From: a virus | Taxonomy: Duplodnaviria; Caudoviricetes | Strand: one strand, 5' to 3' | IMG/VR virus record: IMGVR_UViG_3300025875_000044 | Span: 1-49,186 of that record | DNA: 49,186 nucleotides | Shown: positions 36,870-46,017 of the stretch, one piece after another | How the letters are laid out: each line of letters starts with the position of its first letter | Position numbering within the stretch: position 1 is the stretch's first letter | Notes under the pieces: generated by a model | The model's database searches: none | The model's input: only the letters and a program-made list of their open reading frames with translations | Told to the model about the DNA's origin: nothing | Translations under genes and position numbers: made by a program

Positions 36870-37282
36870 AGTGCATCGGCCTCGTTATAGTCACAGTCGT
36901 TGCACACGCGAAGGTCTGACGACTCCGGATACGCTGGCAGCAGCTGCGCTCCGCACTGCGGGCACACCAGGCGCAGCGCAACGCGCGCTCGTGTTTCCCA
37001 GCCGTCAGAGCGGTCGTCCGGGTCGATCCCTACCTGTCGCAGTCGATCGCGCAGCGCAGCATCCTCAGCGTCTCGCAGCCGCAGGTGATACTTCAGCAGC
37101 TCAGACTGTATGTAGTCGTTCTCGCGGAGCATCTGCCTGACCGGCATGCGCATGATCACGGGGCGACGGTCACCGCTAGGCAGACTCTTGCATTCACGCA
37201 GCGTATACGATGGGTCCAACGGCTTGAGCATGGCCTCGATAAGTTCCTGCATGAACGGGTCAGTCGTGTCGTCGTTGGCCAC
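36866..37282 (-). CDS. Hypothetical protein with Zn ribbon
   Basis: CPQCG...CNDC. Confidence 0.65.
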   Translation of the reverse strand: MANDDTTDPFMQELIEAMLKPLDPSYTLRECKSLPSGDRRPVIMRMPVRQMLRENDYIQSELLKYHLRLRDAEDAALRDRLRQVGIDPDDRSDGWETRARVALRLVCPQCGAQLLPAYPESSDLRVCNDCDYNEADAL

Positions 37283-38343
37283 TACTTAAACCTCCTCGTG
37301 AGGTTGCGAGCGAACTGCGCGTTCGTTGCTGCCTCAGCCTGTCGTGATCGTTCGATGTACCGGCGCGCGTGCTGAACCATTGGCCGGATGTCGCGCTCTG
37401 TCCAGGGGTTGTCCGGGTCTCCTACATCACTGTGGTCGGCCGAGTACATCAGCGCGCCCACGATCGTCTCGTCTTCGTACCCGCGCGCGATCAGCGAGCA
37501 GGCCATGCGCTTGAACGTGTAGCTCTGTTCCCCGACAGGCACGTCCACGCGCGCCAGGCCAGCGACTCCATCACCGTCCGTCTCGTTCCCGGCGATCGGC
37601 GAACTAGCCTCACCACCGAACGCCGACCCGTCCTGCGTGACCTCAGCCGCTGGAGCGCCCAGCAACGCCTCCGGCGCGATCGGCAACGCGCGCGGATCGC
37701 CGGCTGTCCAACGGTACGGCCTGAAGTCCTCCCTGCGACCCGTGCCCTTGGCACCCTGGTCAACGACCACGAGACGCATTGACGGCGGGACAGGGACCTG
37801 CCAGGGGCGATCAACCCCGGGCAGTAACGGTGAGTGCGGGAACGTCGCGCCGTCGGGTAGGCGCCACCACAGGTGCTGCCCACCGTCGTTGCGCGGCGAC
37901 ACGGACCGCGGCACCCTCGAGACATCTATTCGTTTCTCCGAACAGAAGTTCCAGAACCGATCGTTGCCACCGTGGCGCGGGTCGAGGTCCACGATGAGGA
38001 TGCCGTTCGCACGTGAGGCGAAGCCAATGTTCGCAAGCGGCGCGTTCGTCCACCACTCCTGAACCTGCGCCAAGTCGCGCGTGGCGACGTCATCGACCTC
38101 CCACCCGGAGCCGAGCACGGCCGAGTTGGCCTTCTTGGAATCGTCCGGGTGCGACGCGTCCCAGAGTGGCACAACCTTACCCACGTGATGCGCCCACCAT
38201 AGTGCAGCGTCGCGCATGCCGCCAGCTTCGACGGAGGGCTGAGGGATGGCCGCGGCGAACCGCGAGCCGATGTCCATGAGCCCCGCATCAACGTGCTCGG
38301 CTTGCGCGACGATCTCGGTGAACGAGACGCCGCTTGATGTCAC
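37282..38343 (-). CDS. Bifunctional primase/polymerase (Prim-Pol) with PriCT-like C-terminus
   Basis: ATRD...WW...ANIG, IVDLDPRHGG, GGQHLWW, VPPS. Confidence 0.88.
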   Translation of the reverse strand: MTSSGVSFTEIVAQAEHVDAGLMDIGSRFAAAIPQPSVEAGGMRDAALWWAHHVGKVVPLWDASHPDDSKKANSAVLGSGWEVDDVATRDLAQVQEWWTNAPLANIGFASRANGILIVDLDPRHGGNDRFWNFCSEKRIDVSRVPRSVSPRNDGGQHLWWRLPDGATFPHSPLLPGVDRPWQVPVPPSMRLVVVDQGAKGTGRREDFRPYRWTAGDPRALPIAPEALLGAPAAEVTQDGSAFGGEASSPIAGNETDGDGVAGLARVDVPVGEQSYTFKRMACSLIARGYEDETIVGALMYSADHSDVGDPDNPWTERDIRPMVQHARRYIERSRQAEAATNAQFARNLTRRFK

Positions 38344-38597
38344 CGGCTGCGCTCGCCAGTTGCGGGATCAATCCCGGCCAGCTCGTCAGCGATGTCCGAT
38401 CGATGTTCGATCATCCTCCTGAAGTCGACCGTTGTTGTAGTCGTCGCGTATATGGCGCATGTGCTGAGCTCTGTAGCGGCAACCTGCTCACGAAGTACCT
38501 GAGTCTGCTCCTGGATGGCCTCGGTCTGAGTACGTGTTGCCTGCGTCAGTTCGAAGATCGCCTGGACGATCATCTGTGCCTCTGTCACGTGTGACAT
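38340..38597 (-). CDS. Hypothetical protein
   Basis: Coupled ORF, RBS AAGGA. Confidence 0.65.
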   Translation of the reverse strand: MSHVTEAQMIVQAIFELTQATRTQTEAIQEQTQVLREQVAATELSTCAIYATTTTTVDFRRMIEHRSDIADELAGIDPATGERSR

Positions 38598-38598
38598 G

Positions 38599-38949
38599 TC
38601 AGTCCTTCTTGATTGGTCGAAGTTCGACAGGGACGGGCGGCGGCGGTGCGCCGGGAGTGACAGGCTCGACCAGTGCTAGGCTCGGACGGGTGGGCTCCGG
38701 CACTGACCGAGGGTGCTTCCACCATGCTTTGGTGTCGGTCCCGTCTTCTGATGGATCGTCGTCTGACGATGCGTCATTATCATTGCCGTACCCGTCTGGG
38801 TAGACGTCGCCATCAACGTCGCGCGTCACGTCCGCGTGACGCAGATCAGCGGCGTACCGCACGCTCTGCGCCAGTTCGCGGATCGCATCGGCCAGCACGT
38901 CAGACGCGCGATCGACAGCCGCTGCGATGACCTCGCCGTCTGTCGTCAT
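38599..38949 (-). CDS. Hypothetical protein
   Basis: TGATG-coupled. Confidence 0.65.
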   Translation of the reverse strand: MTTDGEVIAAAVDRASDVLADAIRELAQSVRYAADLRHADVTRDVDGDVYPDGYGNDNDASSDDDPSEDGTDTKAWWKHPRSVPEPTRPSLALVEPVTPGAPPPPVPVELRPIKKD

Positions 38950-39152
38950 CAGTTGCTCTCCGCGTTGTTGCGCATCGTGAACTGCTCTGTCATCGACGGA
39001 CCCAGCACACTCAGTGCTGCCAGCAGTTCTTCGACGTCAACGTTCCCGTGGACCCACGTCACCGTGCCTTCGATCTGCAGGCCGCGCTCGCTCTGCATCT
39101 GCACATGGAACCCACGCATCGGCAGCTCCTCGCCGTCTGGCCCGTAGAACAT
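38949..39152 (-). CDS. Hypothetical protein
   Basis: ATG 39152, RBS GAAGGA. Confidence 0.6.
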   Translation of the reverse strand: MFYGPDGEELPMRGFHVQMQSERGLQIEGTVTWVHGNVDVEELLAALSVLGPSMTEQFTMRNNAESN

Positions 39153-39154
39153 GG

Positions 39155-39370
39155 TCAGCTGTCCTTCGGCCGGTACGTGCCGATGGCCGTGGACAGTGCC
39201 GTGCCCACGAGCTGCATGGCCTGATCCTCGGTGAAGCCCACCCATCGCAGACCGACGTACATGTTGCGCATTGTCTGGGCGTTCTGCCGTGAGACTGCGT
39301 CGGGCTCTTCGCCACCGAGCGGGGGCGTGCCGTTCGGCTGCGGAATGCGCGGGTCCTGATCGTCTGTCAC
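39155..39370 (-). CDS. Hypothetical protein
   Basis: MYVGL..VGFTEDQAMQLV; RBS GAGG. Confidence 0.7.
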   Translation of the reverse strand: MTDDQDPRIPQPNGTPPLGGEEPDAVSRQNAQTMRNMYVGLRWVGFTEDQAMQLVGTALSTAIGTYRPKDS

Positions 39371-39437
39371 TGTGCTACCTCTTCCTTGATTCCTCCGCGA
39401 CGTGTACGCGCGGCCTCGATGGTGAACAACGTCGTAG

Positions 39438-39629
39438 TCATGCGCTCTGCTCCTTGGCCCACGCGTCTACGTCATCTACGTGGTACCGAAGGTGCCGACC
39501 GAACTTGTGTGCTGCTGGCCCAGTCTTCTCGGTACGCCACTTCCGAACGGCACCACGCGTAACGTGCAGACGTTCGGCGACCTGGTCCGTATCGAGCCAG
39601 TCTGAGGCGATAGTGATTCCTTCTGTCAC
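39438..39629 (-). CDS. MerR/excisionase-like HTH DNA-binding protein
   Basis: WLDTDQVAERLHVTRGAVRKWR..GP...KFGRHLRY...DVDAW. Confidence 0.88.
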   Translation of the reverse strand: MTEGITIASDWLDTDQVAERLHVTRGAVRKWRTEKTGPAAHKFGRHLRYHVDDVDAWAKEQSA

Positions 39630-39717
39630 ACTCCATCCTCCTGTTCGTTGATGTTCGGTGGGGATTGGAACGATACCATACGCGTCAGTAGACGATCAAG
39701 ATTGTTCGTTGCTGGGG

Positions 39718-39761
39718 TTGACACGGCCAGCCGACCGGGGCTACCGTCGTCCTTGTCACCG
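39718..39761 (+). promoter_or_regulatory. Sigma70-type promoter at the divergence point
   Basis: TTGACA-N18-TACCGT plus 23-nt repeat shared with 25020-25042. Confidence 0.7.
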
Positions 39762-39973
39762 CAGCCCGGCACACCCCGGGAAGGTGCTTCGAGAGGAGGG
39801 GATGCGCGATGGTCTGACCATCCGCGTTCAGCGTAGGGCGTACCGGCTAGGACGCTACTAACGCACCCATGTTGCATCACCTGCTTGAACGCACGATCCG
39901 GCGGCCCTGCCGAGACAATCGTACATGGGCGGGGCCGCCGTCCCAAACCCCACTGAATGAGGAAGGCACCATC

Positions 39974-40192
39974 ATGCTCATCAGCAAGTTCGCCGACACC
40001 GTCAAGCCGACGCCCCGCGGCAAGCCCGGGTCCAGCGATCGGCGGCCGAACACCGGTGTCGCCAAGCAGCACCGCATCGCCAAGCGAGTCGACGCGGAGC
40101 TCCGGCAGTCCGTGTACGACGAGACCGTGCCGGACGACGCCATGGAGCGCGCCCACCGCTACGGCCGCAAGATGCGCGAGGGTCTGATCTGA
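39974..40192 (+). CDS. Hypothetical protein
   Basis: RBS GAGGAAGG. Confidence 0.7.
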   Translation: MLISKFADTVKPTPRGKPGSSDRRPNTGVAKQHRIAKRVDAELRQSVYDETVPDDAMERAHRYGRKMREGLI

Positions 40193-40647
40193 TGGCAGAC
40201 GAGCTGACTCCCACGTTCACCGTCGCCGACGTCCTCGAGAAGGCGGCTGACATCATCGCTCCACCCAACGGTCGTACACGGTGGATGCGCGGCAACTTAC
40301 ACTCGCGTGATGGTCGATTTTGTGCCCTCGGCGGAATCGAACACGCTGCGGCTAAGCTTGCTGGTTTGTCCGGTCGCAGGTCACTGCATGTGTACAGTCC
40401 TCGGTTCGCAGATGCACGGCGCGCGGCGAGCAGTTTAACCGAACAGGCACAGCGCGCACTGATGTTCAATGGTGTGACAGGTTCGGTGCCAGCTGTGTAC
40501 AAGGATCACGTCCCGCGATCTGTTCCCAGCTGGAATGACAACGTTGCCAAGAATGGTCGTGAGGTCGCACAGGCCATGCGTAACCTCGCCAAGATGCTCC
40601 GTGCCGAAGCAGCGGTTGCGGATGACAATCAGAAGAAGGTGAACTGA
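40192..40647 (+). CDS. Phage protein (FCALGGI...WND type)
   Basis: VLEKAAD...W...FCALGGI...SWNDN. Confidence 0.7.
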   Translation: MADELTPTFTVADVLEKAADIIAPPNGRTRWMRGNLHSRDGRFCALGGIEHAAAKLAGLSGRRSLHVYSPRFADARRAASSLTEQAQRALMFNGVTGSVPAVYKDHVPRSVPSWNDNVAKNGREVAQAMRNLAKMLRAEAAVADDNQKKVN

Positions 40648-40648
40648 C

Positions 40649-41194
40649 ATGACCGTCGAGATCAATGTCGCACGGCTGCGCGAGGCTGTCGACTTCGTTC
40701 GCGCCACGCACGTGACCGCCAACAGCGACAACCCGGAAGGACGGGTGCCCGTGCTGGTCAACGGTGTCCCTGCCGTGCACGACCAGAGCGTGTACTCAGC
40801 ACTCGGCACGCAGGTCGACACGTTCCCCCACACGGCGCAGGAGCAAGCGCAGATCGACATGGACCCGTCGCTCAACACGTGTGGCACGGCCTACTGTGTC
40901 GCCGGCTACCTCACTGCGACGACGCCCGGGTACAAGGCCGATCTCATTCTGAAGAGGCAGTCGCTCTTCGACCCCTTCTCGTTGCGCGAGACCGTCGATG
41001 GCACGGTGGTCGATAGTCACGACGACATCGCGGCCCGCGCGATCTTCCCGTGGTACGCGGAGGCGTGTGAGAACGACAGGTTCACCAACGAGCAGGAGAA
41101 TGCAGTGCAGCTGTTGTTCGATCTGTTCGACGGTGCCAACAGTCTCGAGACCATCGTGGCCATCGCCACCGACTTGGCAGGGGAGCCGATCTGA
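40649..41194 (+). CDS. Phage protein (CGTAYCVAG motif)
   Basis: HDQSV...CGTAYCVAGY...LF. Confidence 0.75.
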   Translation: MTVEINVARLREAVDFVRATHVTANSDNPEGRVPVLVNGVPAVHDQSVYSALGTQVDTFPHTAQEQAQIDMDPSLNTCGTAYCVAGYLTATTPGYKADLILKRQSLFDPFSLRETVDGTVVDSHDDIAARAIFPWYAEACENDRFTNEQENAVQLLFDLFDGANSLETIVAIATDLAGEPI

Positions 41195-41400
41195 TGATCA
41201 TCATCGGTGCTCTTCTCGGTGGGCTCCTCCTTCTGGCCGGATCCGTCGTGCTGATGACCTGGCCCGCCATGCTGCTGTTCGGCGCGGTGCACCACGATGT
41301 CTTCAGCTGGGTGCCCGCGCTCAGTCTGTGGCAGACGTTCCTGGTCGTGATGTTGCTGCACTGCCTCATCCCGACATCGTCCACCTCAAGCAGCGACTGA
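41194..41400 (+). CDS. Membrane protein
   Basis: Two hydrophobic helices; TGATG coupling. Confidence 0.7.
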   Translation: MIIIGALLGGLLLLAGSVVLMTWPAMLLFGAVHHDVFSWVPALSLWQTFLVVMLLHCLIPTSSTSSSD

Positions 41401-41630
41401 TGGTAGACATCCCGGCGGCCAAGGCTGCGCAAGCTGCGGTTGATGCGTCGGCCGATCGGTACTTCACCGACCGTGAGTTTGCCGAGAAGGTTGATGCTGC
41501 CATCGATCGTATTCTGGTCGCACATCCCGTTCGCGGCGTTCCGACTGTGTCACGACCGTTCATCGCTATGGGTGTGTGCGTTGCACTCGACATGTACCTT
41601 CCTGCTTCTCCACCGCGACCATCGAAATGA
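41400..41630 (+). CDS. Hypothetical protein
   Basis: TGATG coupling. Confidence 0.6.
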   Translation: MVDIPAAKAAQAAVDASADRYFTDREFAEKVDAAIDRILVAHPVRGVPTVSRPFIAMGVCVALDMYLPASPPRPSK

Positions 41631-41640
41631 GTTGACCGTC

Positions 41641-41967
41641 ATGCCGAAGAACGATCGGCCGGTGGGGCCCATCCCCGGTACCAGCCTCATCAAGGCACTC
41701 GACGCGTTTGCCGTTGTGCGTCTGCGCGACCTGGCGTCACGGCAGGCTGACGATGGGCCTGAGGGCCTGATGGCGCGCGTGCCCGACGTCATCGACGGGT
41801 GGGAGCCGGACGTCGGTGGATCGCAGCACCACATCGACAACACGGACGACATCCGCACGATGTTCACCGAGCGGTACGCACGCGGCGTCACGGACGTTCT
41901 CGCCTGGCTCAGCGGTGACGAGCCGTCGGTTGAGCTCATCGAGCTGCTTGACGTCAAGATCGGTTGA
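41641..41967 (+). CDS. Hypothetical protein
   Basis: YARGVTDVLAWLSG motif. Confidence 0.65.
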   Translation: MPKNDRPVGPIPGTSLIKALDAFAVVRLRDLASRQADDGPEGLMARVPDVIDGWEPDVGGSQHHIDNTDDIRTMFTERYARGVTDVLAWLSGDEPSVELIELLDVKIG

Positions 41968-42010
41968 CGACACGGCCATCACCAGCTAGGTTCGTTGTTA
42001 CCCAGGAACG
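41964..42010 (+). promoter_or_regulatory. Sigma70-type promoter
   Basis: TTGACG-N17-TAGGTT-CGTTGTT...CAGGAACG. Confidence 0.7.
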
Positions 42011-42028
42011 ATCAACAGGAAGAAGATC

Positions 42029-42283
42029 ATGCAGATCACCGTTTCCCCGCCGGGGTTGACGCAGGACGCGGTCACTCTTACGTTGCGCATGCACATGCCG
42101 CCCGTCATCTGTTCGATCGACGGCGAACGCGCCGCGCAATGGTTCGATGACCCGGCCGCGAACAGCGCCATGAACCCGGACGTCTCGCCGATCGGAGCTC
42201 CTGAGGTCTGTACCACATGTCTCAACGAGCTGCTCGCCATCGGTGTGGTGGAGATCACCGAAGTCGATCCTGATTCTTTTTGA
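42029..42283 (+). CDS. Hypothetical protein
   Basis: RBS AGGAAG; CSID...CTTC. Confidence 0.7.
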   Translation: MQITVSPPGLTQDAVTLTLRMHMPPVICSIDGERAAQWFDDPAANSAMNPDVSPIGAPEVCTTCLNELLAIGVVEITEVDPDSF

Positions 42284-42289
42284 TCATCG

Positions 42290-42817
42290 ATGGTACTCGA
42301 TCTTACAACACCGTGCAAGTATGCAAATGTTGGCACTAACAACAAGGGTTACACGCATTTGCATCGTAAGGTGTACGAAGAGGCGAATGGTCCAATACCA
42401 TCAGGACATGTTGTGGACCATGCTTGTCACAATGTAGATGCAAACTGTGAGGGCGGCATTACTTGTCGTCATCGGGCATGCATCAATGAACTCCATCTTG
42501 AAGCCATCACATACAAGGAGAATAACGCTCGAGGACAAGTGAATAGTGCAGCAGTACGTGCACGCAGACGACAATCACAGCTCAACACATTCGCGCAGAC
42601 AGATCGTACACCGACTCATTGCTCGTGTGGTGCAGGTCCTTTTGTTGGTCCTATGGGGTTGGGAGTACATCAAGTAACATCAAGATGTGAAACTGGAGGA
42701 ACATTGCGGAATGTTATGTGCAGCTGCGGTGCAGGGCCGTACAAAGCAACGCACGGTGCCCGTATTCACGCAGCTCGAGCAAAATGCAACGGCGATCCGC
42801 AGGAAGGGGCAGCGTAA
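42290..42817 (+). CDS. HNH homing endonuclease with two C-terminal Zn-finger repeats
   Basis: LHRKVYE...GPIP..VVDHAC...CIN..HLEAIT..EN; CSCGAGP(F/Y) twice; AT-rich. Confidence 0.85.
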   Translation: MVLDLTTPCKYANVGTNNKGYTHLHRKVYEEANGPIPSGHVVDHACHNVDANCEGGITCRHRACINELHLEAITYKENNARGQVNSAAVRARRRQSQLNTFAQTDRTPTHCSCGAGPFVGPMGLGVHQVTSRCETGGTLRNVMCSCGAGPYKATHGARIHAARAKCNGDPQEGAA

Positions 42818-43113
42818 TGGCGCGCATGCCGGAGACTATCACCATTCACTTCGAGCTGACGGCCATGCCGATGATCGTCCAGCTCGCGGAGTTGCTTGTG
42901 GTCGAGGATGTGCGCAAGTCCTATCCGGACATGACGCATGCTCAGGCACTTGAAGAGGCGCACACCATGGGCATGACAGCAGAGGAGCTCGATGCTTCGG
43001 CTGACCACACCGGTGACAGCATCGTGCAGGCGTACAAGATCGTGCTCGGGTTGCCTGTCGATGGCTTCACCATGACGGGCACCATCATCACCGAGCAAGG
43101 AGAAGGCGCATGA
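42817..43113 (+). CDS. Hypothetical protein
   Basis: TAATG coupling. Confidence 0.65.
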   Translation: MARMPETITIHFELTAMPMIVQLAELLVVEDVRKSYPDMTHAQALEEAHTMGMTAEELDASADHTGDSIVQAYKIVLGLPVDGFTMTGTIITEQGEGA

Positions 43114-43454
43114 AGCCGGGCAGTCCTGAGTTCCCCGAGATCGTGACGCTCTGTGGCTCGACGCGCTTTCGAGATGCGTTTTTCGCCGAGCAGCGACGAT
43201 TGACGCTCGAGGGCAAGATCGTCATCAGCGTCGGACTCTTCGGCCATCTCGATCCGGCCATCGACATCGGCACCGCAGTTGCTCCAACTGCACCGAAGGT
43301 CGCGCTCGACGAGCTGCACAAGCGCAAGATCGACCTGAGCGACAGCATCCACGTCATCAACGTGGACGGCTACATCGGGTCCAGCACCCGAGGCGAGATC
43401 GAGTACGCAACCGCCACGGGCAAGACCGTGACGTACATGGAGGGAGCACGATGA
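43110..43454 (+). CDS. Nucleoside 2-deoxyribosyltransferase-like (DUF4406-like) protein
   Basis: VTLCGSTRF...HKRKIDLSD.I.VINVDGYIGSST..EIEYA...GK. Confidence 0.65.
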   Translation: MKPGSPEFPEIVTLCGSTRFRDAFFAEQRRLTLEGKIVISVGLFGHLDPAIDIGTAVAPTAPKVALDELHKRKIDLSDSIHVINVDGYIGSSTRGEIEYATATGKTVTYMEGAR

Positions 43455-43897
43455 CAGGTCCGCAGCCCGTGGTCCGTGTCGGTCAGGTCTGGGAGGACGA
43501 TGATCCGCGTTCGGCTGGTCGCGTGCTGAAGGTGATCAAGATCATCAATGAACCGGGATTCGCTCGTGCGGAGTGCGAAGTCATCGCCGTGGCGCGTAAT
43601 GTCTCGAGAGATCGCATCGGGAAGACAACGCGTATCAGTATTCGCCGCATGCGTCCCGGCAGTCGCGGCTACCGGTACGTCGGTGAAGCGGTTGAGTCAG
43701 GCGGAGCTGCATCGAACGGATCGCCGGCGAACGACGATCCCAACGCACCAACGGATGGGCTGACGACCGGCCTGACCTGTCCTGACTGTGATCAGCGGTT
43801 CGTGTCGATCGAACGAACGCCACGCGGTAAGCGCACGTGCCCGAACGGTCACGTGTTCATCCTGAACGGCACCAATGAATTCGAGAGGGTCAACTGA
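43451..43897 (+). CDS. Hypothetical protein with SH3-like N-terminus and Zn ribbon
   Basis: VGQVWEDDDPRS.GR; CPDC...CPNGH. Confidence 0.7.
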   Translation: MTGPQPVVRVGQVWEDDDPRSAGRVLKVIKIINEPGFARAECEVIAVARNVSRDRIGKTTRISIRRMRPGSRGYRYVGEAVESGGAASNGSPANDDPNAPTDGLTTGLTCPDCDQRFVSIERTPRGKRTCPNGHVFILNGTNEFERVN

Positions 43898-44361
43898 TGC
43901 AGATCAACACAGCCAAGCTCCGCGAGCTGGTCGGCCATGCGCTCGCTGAGGACAAGCGCGTCTGGGAACAGGAGGAGGTGGACTTCGAGGCCAAGTGTGC
44001 CAAGCGTCGGCAGGACTGGCTGGATCGCAACAGCGCGTCGTGGTCCGAGTTCAGCAAGACTATCATCGAGAAGGTTCGTGCCGGTGTGCCGATCACCGAG
44101 GATGATGTGCCCGAAGATCCGAATGCCGACCGTTACTCGCGTAAGGCGTTCTTCTCTGAACTGCGTCCATCAAGTCGTCACGAGAAGGACTACGTGAAGG
44201 GTGTCGCCGTCTACACACCGCCCAAGGATCTGGTACGCTTCCAGGCGTTCCTCGAGCTGGTCGAAGGCGATACCATCACGACCAGTGCACTGAAGGATCA
44301 TGGCCTCGCACAGATCAACAGCAAGGTGCTGCAGTTCGTTCACGATGCCAGGGAGCGATGA
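43897..44361 (+). CDS. Hypothetical protein
   Basis: Coupled ORF. Confidence 0.7.
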   Translation: MQINTAKLRELVGHALAEDKRVWEQEEVDFEAKCAKRRQDWLDRNSASWSEFSKTIIEKVRAGVPITEDDVPEDPNADRYSRKAFFSELRPSSRHEKDYVKGVAVYTPPKDLVRFQAFLELVEGDTITTSALKDHGLAQINSKVLQFVHDARER

Positions 44362-44684
44362 TGAGGTTCTTTCGCTCTCAGCGTCAGATCGAGGTCACGA
44401 CGTCCAAGACTGAGGCCGATGTTGCGCGGCTGCTCGAGATCGTTCGTGAACGGGAGGTCGATGTTGCATGGCAGGAGTTGCGGTACATCGTTGGCAAGCA
44501 CCTCAGCAGTGAACTCGATCGCATGCTGACCAATCTTCGACGGCAGACAAATCCTGACGAGATGCCACGGGAATGCCGAGTGGGTTTCCAAGTGCTGAAC
44601 GGTTGGATTCTCACTGAGGATCGTGAGATCAAGTTCGGGTCAACTGCAGATGAGGTGTCTGATGATCATCGTTCCGGTTCGTGA
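44358..44684 (+). CDS. Hypothetical protein
   Basis: Coupled ORF. Confidence 0.6.
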   Translation: MMRFFRSQRQIEVTTSKTEADVARLLEIVREREVDVAWQELRYIVGKHLSSELDRMLTNLRRQTNPDEMPRECRVGFQVLNGWILTEDREIKFGSTADEVSDDHRSGS

Positions 44685-44919
44685 CGATTCTAGTACGCGG
44701 CTTCCTCATGTGTTGCTCATGCTGGTCGGCACACTTGTCGACTGGACAGAGCATGAGCCAACTGAGGATGAGCCGAATCCTGAGACGATCCGCGCCAGGG
44801 TCACGGGTATCCGCTGGGAACGCAATGTCGACGGCAACGAGACAGGCCGCCGGTGCGTAGAGCTGATGCTGGATCGTGGTGACGGTACGATGCGATGGGT
44901 CGGCCCATTCGGATTGTGA
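44662..44919 (+). CDS. Hypothetical protein
   Basis: RBS GAGG. Confidence 0.55.
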   Translation: MIIVPVRDDSSTRLPHVLLMLVGTLVDWTEHEPTEDEPNPETIRARVTGIRWERNVDGNETGRRCVELMLDRGDGTMRWVGPFGL

Positions 44920-44929
44920 AGTTGTCGTC

Positions 44930-45127
44930 ATGTATGTGATGGGCGTGTTCGCTGTACTGTTCTGCATCATCAGCTTATGGACAGGATGGAAGGCATGGCG
45001 TGAGACAGATCGAGTAGAACGTGCTCGACTACTGACCATCTCTGGTATCGCGAGCTGCGCTATGTGGCTGGTGCTCTTCATCTTGTTCGTGCTGTATGAC
45101 CTCGAGAGGACTAGGCTGTCGTCATGA
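44930..45127 (+). CDS. Membrane protein
   Basis: Two hydrophobic helices. Confidence 0.6.
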   Translation: MYVMGVFAVLFCIISLWTGWKAWRETDRVERARLLTISGIASCAMWLVLFILFVLYDLERTRLSS

Positions 45128-45408
45128 CTACGGTCGAGAAGCGTTGTGTCTGTTGCGACCTGCCGGAGTATTCGTGCGGACGCAAGGCCGAACTCGCGCT
45201 AGTACAGCCTCGGCAGACTCCGCCGCTCAACATCGGCTTCGCTGATCTTCTGCAGCGATCCGTGATGGGTAAGTGGTTCGTCGCAGAATATCGCGGCGAC
45301 TGCGATGTCTGCGGTGAGGAGTACGAGCCGGGCGAAGAGATCCGTGCCGATGGGTCCGGCGGCTGGCAGGGACGCGCCTGCTGCGGTCCGGACGACGAAC
45401 GTTGGTGA
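45124..45408 (+). CDS. Zn-binding hypothetical protein
   Basis: CVCC...AEYRGDCDVCG...GEEI. Confidence 0.7.
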   Translation: MTTVEKRCVCCDLPEYSCGRKAELALVQPRQTPPLNIGFADLLQRSVMGKWFVAEYRGDCDVCGEEYEPGEEIRADGSGGWQGRACCGPDDERW

Positions 45409-45641
45409 CGCGTGCTGGGGAGTTGATCCTGCCGGATAGCGCCAGGACCTGCTCTCGTGCTAGCACCACGGTGGTTGGCCAGCTGTGCGGGCGTCCAGCT
45501 TGGTACAAGTTCGAGCTAGACGCGTCGTTCTACCCCGAGGTCAAGACTCGCACTGGGGTCATCAAGGGATTCGCCTGCACCGACCACGGCAAGGACATCT
45601 GGAAGATGAAGGGTCTGATGAGCAGTCAGACCATCGTCTGA
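45405..45641 (+). CDS. Hypothetical protein
   Basis: GTGA coupling; CGRPA...CTDH. Confidence 0.6.
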   Translation: MTRAGELILPDSARTCSRASTTVVGQLCGRPAWYKFELDASFYPEVKTRTGVIKGFACTDHGKDIWKMKGLMSSQTIV

Positions 45642-45647
45642 CCATGT

Positions 45648-45758
45648 ACCCTCGGCCGCGCGGGGCAAATCGCGGATGGGTCGGAGCTGCAGCTTCGACG
45701 GGGGAGCCGGTGCACCGGACAGGATAAGAGCTGGGTTCGAGTCCCAGCCTCCCCACTA
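45648..45758 (+). ncRNA. tRNA-like structured RNA lacking an anticodon arm
   Basis: GGGGAG/CTCCCC closing stem, CCGG-TGCA-CCGG hairpin, GCTGGG-TTCGAGT-CCCAGC T arm; two hairpins upstream. Confidence 0.55.
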
Positions 45759-46017
45759 TGCGGCAGGATGTCAACGGCAAGCGGCGTGACGCACGGCAGA
45801 CCAATGGCGGGCACGCCGGGCTGTGCGAGGTGTGTGATCCGGGACACCGTTCACGTGACGAGCACCTAAGGTCGGAGAGGATGTCTCCAGCCCGATGACC
45901 CGTCCTGCACCCTGCCGCATCTCAACTTGCAATGAACACATGCTATTGTGTTCAGCACACGCATCGTGCCTGCCGTACACGCATCCGCAAGCGTGACGAA
46001 GGATCTTGAGCTATCGG

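Noticed and set aside
24-39600. Many long plus-strand ORFs (e.g. 1150-2286, 3088-4224, 17796-18818, 26127-27470, 35481-36386)
   Set aside because: Antisense shadows of motif-bearing minus-strand genes in high-GC DNA; no recognisable motifs
39438-39629. Excisionase implying an integration module
   Set aside because: No integrase, repressor or att site in the window; lifestyle cannot be decided
45660-45758. tmRNA or canonical tRNA-Cys (TTCGACGGG and TGCA motifs)
   Set aside because: Too short, no tag ORF or G3-U70 acceptor, and no 7-nt anticodon loop in a cloverleaf
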